Source: Betaproteobacteria bacterium
GTDB lineage: Bacteria > Pseudomonadota > Gammaproteobacteria > Burkholderiales > Ga0077523
Direction: 5' to 3'
Assembly (NCBI GenBank): GCA_016125475.1
Contig: WGLR01000012.1
Span: 11,812-75,811, forward strand
DNA: 64,000 bases
The notes beneath the pieces were generated by a model. That model did not search any database. It was not told the origin of the DNA and was given only the letters and a program-made list of their open reading frames with translations. Position numbers and translations under genes: made by a program. Numbering within the stretch: the stretch's first letter is position 1; each line of letters starts with the position of its first letter. Shown piece after piece: positions 9,629 to 19,364 of the stretch.

Positions 9629-10081
9629 TTACACCAGATCCGGATTCACCACCGCGCGGACGACGACCTGCGCATCCTCGCCCCGCACTCGGTGCGTAAG
9701 CCACCAGATGCCGCCCTTCCTGATGCTCCACGGCATCGGCTCGCCCGCGAGCAGCAGCGACACTGCCAGGCCCAACGTCGGCTGGTGCCCGACGACGAGC
9801 ACGGCGCCTGGCGCTTCCGGCCAGCCCGATGCGGCGAGTACGGATTCCGGCTGGGCTCCCGGTGCGATCGCGTCGACTGTCTCGAACGTGTTCGTGAGCG
9901 CCTCCACCGTCTCCCGGGCCCGCGTGGCAGGGCTCACGAGGATCCGGGTGTGCTTCGGCAGACGCGACTGCAGCCACCGGGCGACTGCCTCCGCCTGCTT
10001 GTGACCCTTCGGCGTCAGGCGTCGCGTCATGTCCGGGATGCCGTCGAATGCGTCCGCATGACGCCAGAGAATGAGATCCAA
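9629..10081 (-). CDS. sixA: Phosphohistidine phosphatase SixA
   Basis: (M)DLILWRHADA, VSPATRARET, VVGHQP histidine phosphatase motifs; probable TTG start at 10081 with RBS GAGAGGA. Confidence 0.88.
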   Translation of the reverse strand: MDLILWRHADAFDGIPDMTRRLTPKGHKQAEAVARWLQSRLPKHTRILVSPATRARETVEALTNTFETVDAIAPGAQPESVLAASGWPEAPGAVLVVGHQPTLGLAVSLLLAGEPMPWSIRKGGIWWLTHRVRGEDAQVVVRAVVNPDLV

Positions 10082-10092
10082 GTGCGTTCCTC

Positions 10093-11625
10093 TCACCAGT
10101 AAGGTTTCAGCCGCTTGAAGCGGCGCCACGCGTCATCGAAATGCACGAGCCCGTTCTGGGCACGCGCGTGCGTCCATCCGCGGATGATGCCCGCTCCGTA
10201 TGACGATCCCGCGGTGCCGAGGCTCGCCGGCTGCAGCAGGCGCGCCGTCACGGCGGCATCGTTCAGGGCACCGAGAATGTCCTGCAGTTCGGCGCTTCCC
10301 GACGCGAAGCGGCGGACGGATCTGGCAGGATGGATTCCCGCGAAGAACTCGACGATGTAGCGCAGTTTCTTGATCTCGATGCGCAGTGCGTGCAGGGAGG
10401 CCGGTTCGTCACGGTCGGCCGCCTTGCCCCTGCGACGCACCCGCCCGCACTGGCGTGCGAGCAGCCAGGACGCGAGCGCGTCGAGAGGCGACTCCGCAGT
10501 TGGGACTTTCCCGTTCGTGTCCACGGATCCCTCCCACGGTGCTTCCACCATCAGCATCGCGAGGTCGAGGAGGAGCGCGGGATATTCGCGTGCAGCAAAT
10601 GCGTCACGCGCGACGTCGCGCGCCTTCGCCTGTCTCTCGTGCGCAGCCGTTGCGACGGCGTCCAGTCCCGGCTCTTCCGCGAAGGCCGCGCGCACGGGCG
10701 GCAGCGTCTCGGTGAGAAAGACGTCCCAGTCGCGAGAATGACCCAGTGCGACCCCGAGCGCCCGGAACCGCTGGGCCACGTCGTTCACGATGGCCTTCGG
10801 CACGACCGGGCGGAACACGCTGAACGCCGAGCGCAGGCGCCGAATCGCGACGCGGGCCTGGTGCACGTATTCCGGGTCGTCACTGTCCAGCACGCCCTGG
10901 TCGTTGGCCTGCAGGTGCGTCGTGCAGTTGGCGACGATCGCGCGGAATGCTTGCGTGCCGGTCATGGACCGCTCGAGCCGGGGGGCGGTCGCCTTGACGG
11001 GATGGGCGGTCGTCGCGTTCGCGAGGGCATAGCCGCGTTCGGCCTTGCTCGCGTTCTCGAGCCGGAAGCCGATGGTTTCCAGGAGCGTTCTCGCGAACGC
11101 GAAGAGGTGCCGCGGAGAGCCCTCGATCAGTTCGAGTTCGATCTCGTGCAGGGGCAGCGTCGCGTCACCGGCAGAGATGGTGCCTTCGTCGAGCGCGAGT
11201 TCGGCCGTCTCGCCTGGAGCGATCTCGACGATCCGGGTCGAACGCCTGAAGTCCGTCGTGAAGACCGGTGCCAGGCGGCTGCGGAAGTGGGCGTCGGCAA
11301 AGAGGTCGGCAGCCGGGGTGACCAGGAGCGCGGGCACGTTGAGCAGCTGCGCGACCGCCTCCGCCTCGAACTCCTGTCTCTCGTGCAGGCCCGACTCGAC
11401 GCCTCCTCCGCACTTGAAGGTCTGGATCCAGCGGCTGCGCAGACGCCGCAGTCGCAGAGCGGCGTTCATGCGCCGGAGCGCCTGGTCCGGCGTGTCGTAG
11501 TAGACGCTGTGCAGGGTGCGGGTGACCGGGCGTGTCTTCGAGACCTGCCTGAGATGTGCGCTGCGTCTCAGCGAGGCGAGGGCGGCGGGTGAGGCGACGA
11601 GCTTGAGTTCGATCTCGGTGGTCAT
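10093..11625 (-). CDS. CYTH (triphosphate tunnel) plus CHAD (polyphosphate-binding) domain protein
   Basis: N-terminal EIELKL, YYDT, LRLRR, EIELEL, SKAERGY (CYTH); VHQARVAIRRLRS, RDWDVF, LHALRIEIKKLRY, LQDILGALND (CHAD). Confidence 0.92.
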   Translation of the reverse strand: MTTEIELKLVASPAALASLRRSAHLRQVSKTRPVTRTLHSVYYDTPDQALRRMNAALRLRRLRSRWIQTFKCGGGVESGLHERQEFEAEAVAQLLNVPALLVTPAADLFADAHFRSRLAPVFTTDFRRSTRIVEIAPGETAELALDEGTISAGDATLPLHEIELELIEGSPRHLFAFARTLLETIGFRLENASKAERGYALANATTAHPVKATAPRLERSMTGTQAFRAIVANCTTHLQANDQGVLDSDDPEYVHQARVAIRRLRSAFSVFRPVVPKAIVNDVAQRFRALGVALGHSRDWDVFLTETLPPVRAAFAEEPGLDAVATAAHERQAKARDVARDAFAAREYPALLLDLAMLMVEAPWEGSVDTNGKVPTAESPLDALASWLLARQCGRVRRRGKAADRDEPASLHALRIEIKKLRYIVEFFAGIHPARSVRRFASGSAELQDILGALNDAAVTARLLQPASLGTAGSSYGAGIIRGWTHARAQNGLVHFDDAWRRFKRLKPYW

Positions 11626-11674
11626 GGGGCGGGCGTATCGTGTCGCAGCGAACCGCGAGTTCCGCCGGGGAGCC

Positions 11675-13840
11675 TCAGAGGCCCGGGCCCTGCTTCGCGG
11701 AGAGTTCGCCGAGCAGTTCGAGCTGGGCGGTGTGTGCACGCCTGCCACCGGGCTCGCGACGCCGATAGTGCCCGTCGGCATCCATGTCCCAGGCCTGCGT
11801 GTTGTCCTCCAGATAAGGCTTCAGCCCTTCCGCGACGACGCGTCGCTTGAGCTTCCGGTCGAGGATGGGGAAGCACAGCTCGATCCTGCGGAAGAAGTTG
11901 CGGTCCATCCAGTCGGCGCTCGAGAGATAGACCGAATCCGTCGACCGGAAGAAGAAGATCCGGTTGTGTTCGAGGAAGCGGCCGATGATCGAGCAGACCC
12001 GGATGTTCTCCGACAGGCCGGGTATGCCGGGGCGCAGCGCGCAGACCCCCCGCACGATGAGGTTGATCTTCACGCCTGCCCGTGATGCCTCGTAGAGCTC
12101 GAAGATGATCTCGGGCTCGAGCAGCGCGTTCATCTTCGCCGTGATTCCTGCGGGACGGCCGGCCCGTGCCTCGGCGGCCTCGTGCGCGATCGCCTCGATC
12201 AGCTTCGCGTGCAGGTCGAAGGGCGACTGCCACACGTGCGTGTGATGACCGGCCTTGCCGAGGCCCGTGAGCTGCATGAACATGTCGTTCACGTCGGCGG
12301 TCATGTCGGGGTCGCAGCTGAACAGGCCGAAGTCGGTGTAGAGCGTCGCGGTGCGGGAGTGGTAGTTGCCCGTGCCGAGGTGCACGTAGCGCACCAGGCG
12401 GTTGTCCTCGCGGCGCACGACCATCGCCATCTTCGCGTGCGTCTTGTGACCGACCACGCCGTACACGACGTGCGCGCCGACTTCCTCGAGTCGCGATGCC
12501 CAGTTGATGTTGGCTTCCTCGTCGAAACGCGCGAGCAGTTCCACGACGACGGTCACGGCCTTGCCGTTGCGCGCGGCCGTGATGAGGTGGCGCATCAGTT
12601 CGGAGTCCGCGCCGGTCCGGTAGACCGTCTGCTTGATCGCGACGACTTTCGGGTCCGTGGCCGCCTGCTCGATGAACCGTATCACGGGCTTGAAGGACTG
12701 GAACGGGTGGTGCAGGAGAATGTCGCCCTTGCGTATCGCGGCGAAGATGTCCTCGCGTTTCGCGATCTGGGGGGGCACGCCTGCCGCGAACGGCCGGAAC
12801 TTGAGGTCCGGCCGGTCCACGCTGTCCGGTACCTGCATGAGACGCACGAGGTTCACGGGTCCGCTCACCTGGTACAGGTCGTCCCGGCCGAGCCCGAACT
12901 GCTGCAGCAGGAAGTCGGACATGTGCGGCGGGCAGAGATCCGCGACCTCCAGACGCACCGCATCGCCGAAATGCCGCTGGGGCAGCTCCCCCTGCAGTGC
13001 CGTCCGCAGGTTCTTGATTTCCTCCTCGTCCACGAAGAGGTCGCTGTTTCGCGTGACGCGGAACTGGTAGCAGCCCTTCACTTCCATGCCCGCAAACAGC
13101 TCGTTCACGTGCGCGTGCAGGATCGAGGACAGGAAGACGAACCCGTAGCGGCAGTCTGCGATCTCGTCCGGCAGCAGGATGAACCGCGGGAGCGCACGTG
13201 GCGCCTGCACGATCGCGGTGCCCGACTTGCGCCCGAACGCGTCCTTGCCGGCGAGCTCGACCGCGAAGTTGAGGCTCTTGTTGAGCAGCCGCGGGAAGGG
13301 GTGTGCGGGATCGAGCCCGAGCGGTGTCAGGACGGGCATCACCTCGTTCAGGAAGTAGTCGTGGATCCAGGCACGCTGTGCGTCGTTCCACTCGTTGCGA
13401 CGCAGGAACCGGATGTCCTCGGCCGCCAGCGCGGGCAGCACTTCCTCGTTGAAGATGTCGTACTGCCGCTGGACGAGCTCGTGCGCGCGGATCGCGACCT
13501 CCCTCAGGACGTCGCGCGTGCTCATGCCGTCGGGGCCCGGCGTTTCCGCGCGCAGAGCGATCTGCGCCTTGAGGCCGGCCACGCGGATCTCGAAGAATTC
13601 GTCGAGGTTGCTGCCCACGATGCACAGGAATCGCAGCCGCTCCAGCAGCGGGGCGCCCGAATCCTGCGCCTGCGCGAGCACGCGCCGGTTGAACTCGAGC
13701 TGGCCGAGTTCACGGTTCAGGAAGTGGCGGGGCTCGGTTTCACGCTGGCCGCCGCTGGCGCGCAGGGCGCCCAGACTGACGACGCCCTCTCCGGCTTGCA
13801 CGGTGTCCGATTCCGCGGGAAGGTCGGAAGGGGCTGTCAT
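11675..13840 (-). CDS. ppk1: Polyphosphate kinase 1
   Basis: FLNRELGQLEFNRRVL, NLDEFFEIRVAGL, AHPFP, KTHAK, HLGTGNY, GRFLEH, SSADWMDRNFFRRIE. Confidence 0.97.
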   Translation of the reverse strand: MTAPSDLPAESDTVQAGEGVVSLGALRASGGQRETEPRHFLNRELGQLEFNRRVLAQAQDSGAPLLERLRFLCIVGSNLDEFFEIRVAGLKAQIALRAETPGPDGMSTRDVLREVAIRAHELVQRQYDIFNEEVLPALAAEDIRFLRRNEWNDAQRAWIHDYFLNEVMPVLTPLGLDPAHPFPRLLNKSLNFAVELAGKDAFGRKSGTAIVQAPRALPRFILLPDEIADCRYGFVFLSSILHAHVNELFAGMEVKGCYQFRVTRNSDLFVDEEEIKNLRTALQGELPQRHFGDAVRLEVADLCPPHMSDFLLQQFGLGRDDLYQVSGPVNLVRLMQVPDSVDRPDLKFRPFAAGVPPQIAKREDIFAAIRKGDILLHHPFQSFKPVIRFIEQAATDPKVVAIKQTVYRTGADSELMRHLITAARNGKAVTVVVELLARFDEEANINWASRLEEVGAHVVYGVVGHKTHAKMAMVVRREDNRLVRYVHLGTGNYHSRTATLYTDFGLFSCDPDMTADVNDMFMQLTGLGKAGHHTHVWQSPFDLHAKLIEAIAHEAAEARAGRPAGITAKMNALLEPEIIFELYEASRAGVKINLIVRGVCALRPGIPGLSENIRVCSIIGRFLEHNRIFFFRSTDSVYLSSADWMDRNFFRRIELCFPILDRKLKRRVVAEGLKPYLEDNTQAWDMDADGHYRRREPGGRRAHTAQLELLGELSAKQGPGL

Positions 13841-13852
13841 GCGGGCGGAGCG

Positions 13853-14128
13853 TCAACGTCCGTCGGGAGAGACGTAGCCGCTCGCGCGGTCCGCACCCTC
13901 GCCGAAGAAGTGCCGTTCCATCTGTTCGGCGAGGTACTGCCGGGCCTTCCTGTCCGCGAGATTGAGGCGGTTCTCGTTCACGAGCATCTTCTGGTGTTCG
14001 AGCCACGCCTGCCAGGCCTCCTTCGACACCGACTCGAAGATGCGCTGGCCCAGCGGGCCGGGATAAGGGGGAGCTGCGAGGCCTTCGGCCTCGCGTCCGA
14101 GCTTGATGCAGTGCACCATGCGTGTCAT
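13853..14128 (-). CDS. yggX: Fe(II)-trafficking / oxidative damage protection protein YggX
   Basis: [47 protein letters not shown] signature. Confidence 0.93.
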   Translation of the reverse strand: MTRMVHCIKLGREAEGLAAPPYPGPLGQRIFESVSKEAWQAWLEHQKMLVNENRLNLADRKARQYLAEQMERHFFGEGADRASGYVSPDGR

Positions 14129-14274
14129 GGCGTAGTCCTGTCGGCCCATGGGCCTTGCGTGTGTATACGGATCACGGATTATCTGGAAACGTCGCGATTG
14201 CGTAAACCGCGCACTCGCGCGAAAGTCATGGATCCCCGTGCGCCTGCTCCCGACTCCGGAAGCGATGCAGAGAG

Positions 14275-15165
14275 ATGACGTTGAACGCCTACCTCGGCCC
14301 CCTGCGACTGCCATTCCTCCTGCTTACGCCTGCCTGCCTCCTCGTGGGGCTCGCCGTCGCGCACCGCGCGCAGGCCCCGCTCGCGGGTGTCCGGATCGCG
14401 CTCGTCCTCATCGGCGGGCTCGCCGCGCACGTGAGCGTCAACGCCTTCAACGAATACCTCGACTTCCGCAGCGGGCTCGATGCCCGCACGGTGCGCACGC
14501 CCTTCAGCGGCGGGAGCGGTGCGCTGCCGGGACGTCCGGATCTCGCGCCATTCGCCCTCCTCGTGGCAGTCGGCGCGCTCGGCGTCACGATCGCGGTCGG
14601 GCTGTACTTCGTGCGACTGCACGGGAGCGAACTGCTGCCGATCGGGTTGCTGGGCGTCCTGCTCGTCCTCACCTACACGACCTGGCTCACGCGCCATCCC
14701 GTGCTGTGCCTCCTCGCGCCTGGACTCGGTTTCGGCCCGCTCATGGTCGTCGGAACGGAAGTCGCCCTCACGGGCCGGTACACGGCGACAGGGCTCGCTG
14801 CGTCGCTCGTTCCCCTGTTCCTCGTGAGTGACCTGCTGCTGCTCAACCAGTTCCCCGACGCCGAGGCGGACAGGTCCGTCGGGCGGCGTCACGCTCTCAT
14901 CGCGTGGGGCCCGCATCGTGCGGCGTGGCTGTTCGCGGCGTTCCTCGCCTGCGCGTACGGAGCGCTCGTCGTGTCGGTGCTCGCCGGGGCGCTCCCGCTC
15001 CCGGCGATGGTCGCGGGGCTCACGGCGCCGATCGCCGTCGTCCTCGCCGCCGGCGTCGTGCGCCACGCGGCGGACGTGCCGCGTCTGCTGCGTTACATGG
15101 CGCTGAACGTCGTCGTGTGTCTCGTCACCCCCGTGCTGCTGGCGACGGGCCTCGTGCTCGGCTGA
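14275..15165 (+). CDS. UbiA-family prenyltransferase (MenA-like)
   Basis: Multi-TM protein with [11 protein letters not shown] and NQFPDAEAD aspartate-rich motifs and FSGGSG loop. Confidence 0.85.
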   Translation: MTLNAYLGPLRLPFLLLTPACLLVGLAVAHRAQAPLAGVRIALVLIGGLAAHVSVNAFNEYLDFRSGLDARTVRTPFSGGSGALPGRPDLAPFALLVAVGALGVTIAVGLYFVRLHGSELLPIGLLGVLLVLTYTTWLTRHPVLCLLAPGLGFGPLMVVGTEVALTGRYTATGLAASLVPLFLVSDLLLLNQFPDAEADRSVGRRHALIAWGPHRAAWLFAAFLACAYGALVVSVLAGALPLPAMVAGLTAPIAVVLAAGVVRHAADVPRLLRYMALNVVVCLVTPVLLATGLVLG

Positions 15166-15194
15166 GGCGCGTCCGGCGGAGCCGGCCCGTGCGT

Positions 15195-16514
15195 TCAGAG
15201 CTGCTTGACGAGCACTTTCGACCGGCGCCGGTAGTTGTAGAACTGCTGTCGCTGCTCGGGCAGATCGCCGACGGGCACTTCGCGGAATCCCTGCTCGACG
15301 AACCAGTGCGCGGTGCGCGTCGTGAGCACGAACAGACGCTTCATCCGCGCCTTCCGGGCCTGCAGCTCGATCGCCTGGAGCAGCCGCTCGCCGGCTCCGC
15401 CGTTGCGGTAGTCGGGATGGACGGCCACGCACGCGAGCTCCCCGGCCCGGTCGCGGTCGAACGGGTAGAGCGCGGCACACCCGACGATCATGTCGTCGTG
15501 CTGGAGCACCGTGAAGCGGCCGATCTCCATCTCGAGCAGTTCGCGCGAACGTTTCACGAGGGTTCCTTCCGCCTCGAGCGGCTCGATGAGCCTCAGCACG
15601 CCGCCGACGTCCTCGATGCTCGCCCTGCGGATCTGCTCCAGCGGGTCCTGCGAGACCATGGTGCCGATTCCCGCATGCGTGAACAGCTCCATGAGCAGGG
15701 CGCCATCGACGTGGCGGGAGACGAGGTGGACGCGCTTCACGCCACCCCGGCACGCGCGTGCCGCGAACGGAAGGTACAGCGCTGCGTCACCCTTCAGCGA
15801 GTTGCGGCCCGAGAGGAGCTTCTCCGCCTGGCTCACCGTCAGTTCGCTCCGCACGCCGCCGCGTCCGGTGCCCACTCCCGGTTCGTCCATGAGGAACAGC
15901 AGCTTGTCGGCCTTGAGCGCGATCGCGGTCTGCGCGGCCACGTCCTCCAGTGTCAGGTTGAAGATCTCGCCGGTCGGCGAATAGCCGAGCGGCGAGATGA
16001 GCACGACGTCCTCGTCCTCGAGGCACCGCTCGATCGCATCCGCGTGGATCCGGCGCACCTCGCCGGTGAACTGCATGTCGATGCCGTCGATCACGCCGAT
16101 CGGTCGCGCGACGACGAAGTTGCCGCTCGTGACGCGGATCGTCGCGTTCGCCATCGGCGTGTTGGGCAGCCCCACCGAGAGCAGTGCCTCGATCTCCATG
16201 CGCAGGCGCCCGCCGGCCTCCTTCACGTCCTGCAGCGCGGCCTCGTCCGTCACGCGCATGTCCCGCACGTAACGGATCTCCGCGTCGCGCCCGCGCAGCC
16301 GCTCCTCGATCTGCGGACGGGCTCCGTGCACGAGCACGAGCTTCACGCCGAGCGACGCGAGCAGGTTGAGGTCGTGCGTGAGCCCGATGAACTTGCCGTC
16401 CGCAACGACCTCCCCCCCGAACGCGACGACGAAGGTGCGGCCGCCGAAGGCGTGGATGTAGGGAGCGGCCGCGCGAAACCACGGCACGAAGTGCTCGAGG
16501 GTCCGGCGATCCAT
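15195..16514 (-). CDS. argA: Amino-acid N-acetyltransferase (N-acetylglutamate synthase)
   Basis: FRAAAPYIHAFGGRTFV, VHGARPQI, GYSPTGEIFNL; C-terminal GNAT with LFVLTTRTAHWF..RRSKV. Confidence 0.96.
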   Translation of the reverse strand: MDRRTLEHFVPWFRAAAPYIHAFGGRTFVVAFGGEVVADGKFIGLTHDLNLLASLGVKLVLVHGARPQIEERLRGRDAEIRYVRDMRVTDEAALQDVKEAGGRLRMEIEALLSVGLPNTPMANATIRVTSGNFVVARPIGVIDGIDMQFTGEVRRIHADAIERCLEDEDVVLISPLGYSPTGEIFNLTLEDVAAQTAIALKADKLLFLMDEPGVGTGRGGVRSELTVSQAEKLLSGRNSLKGDAALYLPFAARACRGGVKRVHLVSRHVDGALLMELFTHAGIGTMVSQDPLEQIRRASIEDVGGVLRLIEPLEAEGTLVKRSRELLEMEIGRFTVLQHDDMIVGCAALYPFDRDRAGELACVAVHPDYRNGGAGERLLQAIELQARKARMKRLFVLTTRTAHWFVEQGFREVPVGDLPEQRQQFYNYRRRSKVLVKQL

Positions 16515-17281
16515 TACTTCGGAGCCATCCGGATCGCCCCGTCGAGACGGATCGTCTCGCCGTTCAGCATCTCGTTCCGGCAGATGTGTTCCGCGAGTGC
16601 CGCGAACTCGGCCGGACGACCGAGCCGCGACGGGAACGGCACCTGCTGCGCGAGAGACTTCTGGGCCTCGTCCGGCAGCCCCGCCATCATCGGCGTCTCG
16701 AACAGGCCGGGCGCGATCGTGACCACCCGGATGCCGTGGCGGGCCAGTTCGCGGGCCAGGGGCAGCGTCATTCCCACGACACCGGCTTTGGAAGCCGAAT
16801 ACGCGGGCTGGCCGATCTGGCCGTCGAACGCGGCGACGGACGCCGTGTTGACGATCACCCCCCGTTCCCCCGCCGCATTGGGCTCGCCCTTCGCCATCCG
16901 GTCGGCCGCGAGACGGATCATGTTGAAGGTGCCGATCAGGTTGATCGAGACGATCTTCGCGAACTTGTCGAGGGGGAGGGGGCCTTCCTTGCCGAGCACC
17001 TTGCCGGGAACTCCCACGCCCGCGCAGTTCACGAGCCCCTGGAGGCTTCCGAATGCGGAGACCGCCCGTGCGACGGTCTGTGTCGCCTGTTCCTCGGAGG
17101 TGACGTCGCAGGCACTGAACACGGCGTTCGCGCCGAGTTCGCGGGCGAGCGACTCGCCCAGGTCACGATTCACGTCGGCGATGACGGCCCTGCCGCCATT
17201 GGCCACGATCATTTCGACGGTTGCACGCCCGAGGCCCGAACTGCCGCCCGTGACGATGAACACGCTGCCGGATATTTCCAT
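16514..17281 (-). CDS. SDR family 3-hydroxyacyl-CoA dehydrogenase (HSD10-like)
   Basis: [44 protein letters not shown]. Confidence 0.92.
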   Translation of the reverse strand: MEISGSVFIVTGGSSGLGRATVEMIVANGGRAVIADVNRDLGESLARELGANAVFSACDVTSEEQATQTVARAVSAFGSLQGLVNCAGVGVPGKVLGKEGPLPLDKFAKIVSINLIGTFNMIRLAADRMAKGEPNAAGERGVIVNTASVAAFDGQIGQPAYSASKAGVVGMTLPLARELARHGIRVVTIAPGLFETPMMAGLPDEAQKSLAQQVPFPSRLGRPAEFAALAEHICRNEMLNGETIRLDGAIRMAPK

Positions 17282-17442
17282 GGATTTCCCCGTTGTGATG
17301 ACTGGACAGCGGACGCCGCACGGTCACGAGGATCCGGACGTCCGGAAGGCAACGGCGAAAGTTTACCGGGGGCGGTGCGCGCTGGCACGGCACAGCGTGA
17401 TGCGCCGGCCGGATACGGGGCCGTCGTCCGGCGGTTGCCGGC

Positions 17443-18219
17443 TCAGAAGTCGCCCCAGAGCGTCTGGAGGGCGGCCAGGGCCGCGAGCGCGGCGGTCTCG
17501 GTCCGCAGGACCCGGGGGCCGAGTCTGACCGGGACGAATCCGCGCGACGCCGCCAGCTCCGCCTCGACGGGGGAGAAGCCGCCCTCCGGACCTGCGAGCA
17601 GGCAGACGCGACCGAGCGGCGCCGGCAGGGACTGCATCCGTGTCGCCCCGTCGACCGCGAGGAACAGGCGCGTTTCCGAGGCAGGGGGCGTGCGCTCGAG
17701 CGTGGACAGCCAGGTCGGGAACGCCACCGGTTCCTCGACCGGCGGGACGACGTTGCGCCCGCACTGCTCGCACGCCGAGATCACGATGCCCTGCCAGTGG
17801 GTCCGGCGGCGGTCGGCGCGGTCCGCACCGAGCTTGACGACGCTGCGCTCGGTCAGCACCGGGACGATGCGCGACACCCCGAGTTCGACCGTCTTGCGAA
17901 CGGTGATGTCCATGCGGTCCGCCCCGGAGACGCCCTGGACGAGCGTGACGTGGAGGGGCGATTCCGGACCGACGTCGTGCAGGCGGCCGGTCTTGATACG
18001 CACGGAACCGCGCGCAATATGGGTGATGGTGGCGTCGTATTCGCCGCCCGATCCGTCGAAGACGACCAGGGGGTCCTTCTCGGCGAGTCGCAGGACCCGG
18101 ATCGCGTGGTGGGCCGCGATCGCGGGCAGGTCGAGTTCGGCTCCGGGACCCAGGCGGTCCGGGATGTGGAAGCGGGCGCCGCTCTTGACGCGCTGGCCGG
18201 GTTTCATGGTACGGCCCAT
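17443..18219 (-). CDS. rsmE: 16S rRNA m3U1498 methyltransferase RsmE
   Basis: HAIRVLRL, KTVELGV, SACEQCGR, GPEGGFS, LGPRVLRTETA; start uncertain (18219 or 18207). Confidence 0.94.
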   Translation of the reverse strand: MGRTMKPGQRVKSGARFHIPDRLGPGAELDLPAIAAHHAIRVLRLAEKDPLVVFDGSGGEYDATITHIARGSVRIKTGRLHDVGPESPLHVTLVQGVSGADRMDITVRKTVELGVSRIVPVLTERSVVKLGADRADRRRTHWQGIVISACEQCGRNVVPPVEEPVAFPTWLSTLERTPPASETRLFLAVDGATRMQSLPAPLGRVCLLAGPEGGFSPVEAELAASRGFVPVRLGPRVLRTETAALAALAALQTLWGDF

Positions 18220-18317
18220 GCTACCATCGTTCGGACGTGATTAAGGATTCGATCAATTGTGAAGTTGTTTCCAGGGCGCCGGCCCCCGTCGAGGGGCGCG
18301 TCCGGGGTCGTGGAGCG

Positions 18318-19139
18318 ATGAATTTCGGCGGGGCCAACGTCGTCGACGTGGCGCTCGCCGCGGAAGTCTGCGCCGTCGTACGTGACGTGGCGGTCCGCGA
18401 GGTGATGCCGCGCTATCGAAGGGTCGGCCACCGTCGCAAGGCCGACGGCAGCCTGCTGACCGAGGCCGATCTCGCCGCTCAGGCGGCGCTCGCGGAGCGC
18501 CTGCGGGCCCTGGTGCCGCTCCCGTTCGTCGGCGAAGAGATGAGCCCGGACGCGCAGCGTGCGGAATGGGCACGAGGGGCGGCGGGCCTCTGGTGCGTCG
18601 ATCCGATCGACGGCACCTCGAATTTCGCGCGCGGAATTCCCTACTTCGCGATTTCCGTCGCACTCATGCGTGGCGGCCGCAGCGTCCTCGGTGTGGTGTA
18701 CGCCCCGTTCTTCGACGAAATGTTCCTCGCGGAAGCGGGCGCCGGGGCCTTCCTGAACGGCGAGCCCATCGCCTGCGACGCGGCTGTCCCGGCGCTGGAG
18801 AGTTCCGTCGCGCACATCGACTTCAAGCGCGTCCCCGGGGCCGTCGGCAGTGCCCTCGCGTCGGCTCCCCCTTACTGCTCGCACCGGAGCCTCGGATCCG
18901 CGACCCTGGAGTGGTGCTACCTGGCGGCCAGCCGCATCGACGTCTACGTCCACGGTGGCCAGAAGCTCTGGGACTACGCCGCGGGAAGCCTGATTCTCTC
19001 GGAAGCCGGGGGCAGCGTCGGGACGCTCGACTCGGCGGATTTCTGGTCCGGGATGCCCTGGACGCGCTCGGTGATCGCCGCCCGCGACCGGGCGCTCTAC
19101 GACTCCTGGCGCCGCTGGATCGACGAGCAGCGCCGGTAA
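18318..19139 (+). CDS. Inositol monophosphatase family protein
   Basis: GEE, WCVDPIDGTSNF and KLWDYAAG motifs; GGAG RBS before ATG 18318. Confidence 0.9.
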   Translation: MNFGGANVVDVALAAEVCAVVRDVAVREVMPRYRRVGHRRKADGSLLTEADLAAQAALAERLRALVPLPFVGEEMSPDAQRAEWARGAAGLWCVDPIDGTSNFARGIPYFAISVALMRGGRSVLGVVYAPFFDEMFLAEAGAGAFLNGEPIACDAAVPALESSVAHIDFKRVPGAVGSALASAPPYCSHRSLGSATLEWCYLAASRIDVYVHGGQKLWDYAAGSLILSEAGGSVGTLDSADFWSGMPWTRSVIAARDRALYDSWRRWIDEQRR

Positions 19140-19284
19140 GGCTCCCGATGGCGCCACGCGTCGCCCCGACGGTGGAACGCCGTGGGCAGGTCGCCGGCGC
19201 GCGCGTGCCGGGGCGGCAGGGGCCGGAAACCTCCGCCCTCGCCCGTAAAGGGAAAGCTCCCGCCCGGCGCCCGCAAGCCGTTCA

Positions 19285-19313
19285 TTGACCGGCGTAAACC
19301 TAGCCGGTATCTT
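19285..19313 (+). promoter_or_regulatory. Candidate sigma70 promoter for ilvIHC
   Basis: TTGACC-N17-TATCTT about 50 bp upstream of the ilvI ATG. Confidence 0.6.
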
Positions 19314-19364
19314 TCGCAGTTCCCCTTTTTGCAGGAACGTGGCGCGAATTGCGCCATCAGGACG

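Noticed and set aside
19340-19356. Sigma54 promoter (TGGCGC...TTGC) before ilvI
   Set aside because: Spacing between GG and TTGC is 2 nt too short, and a good sigma70 promoter lies upstream
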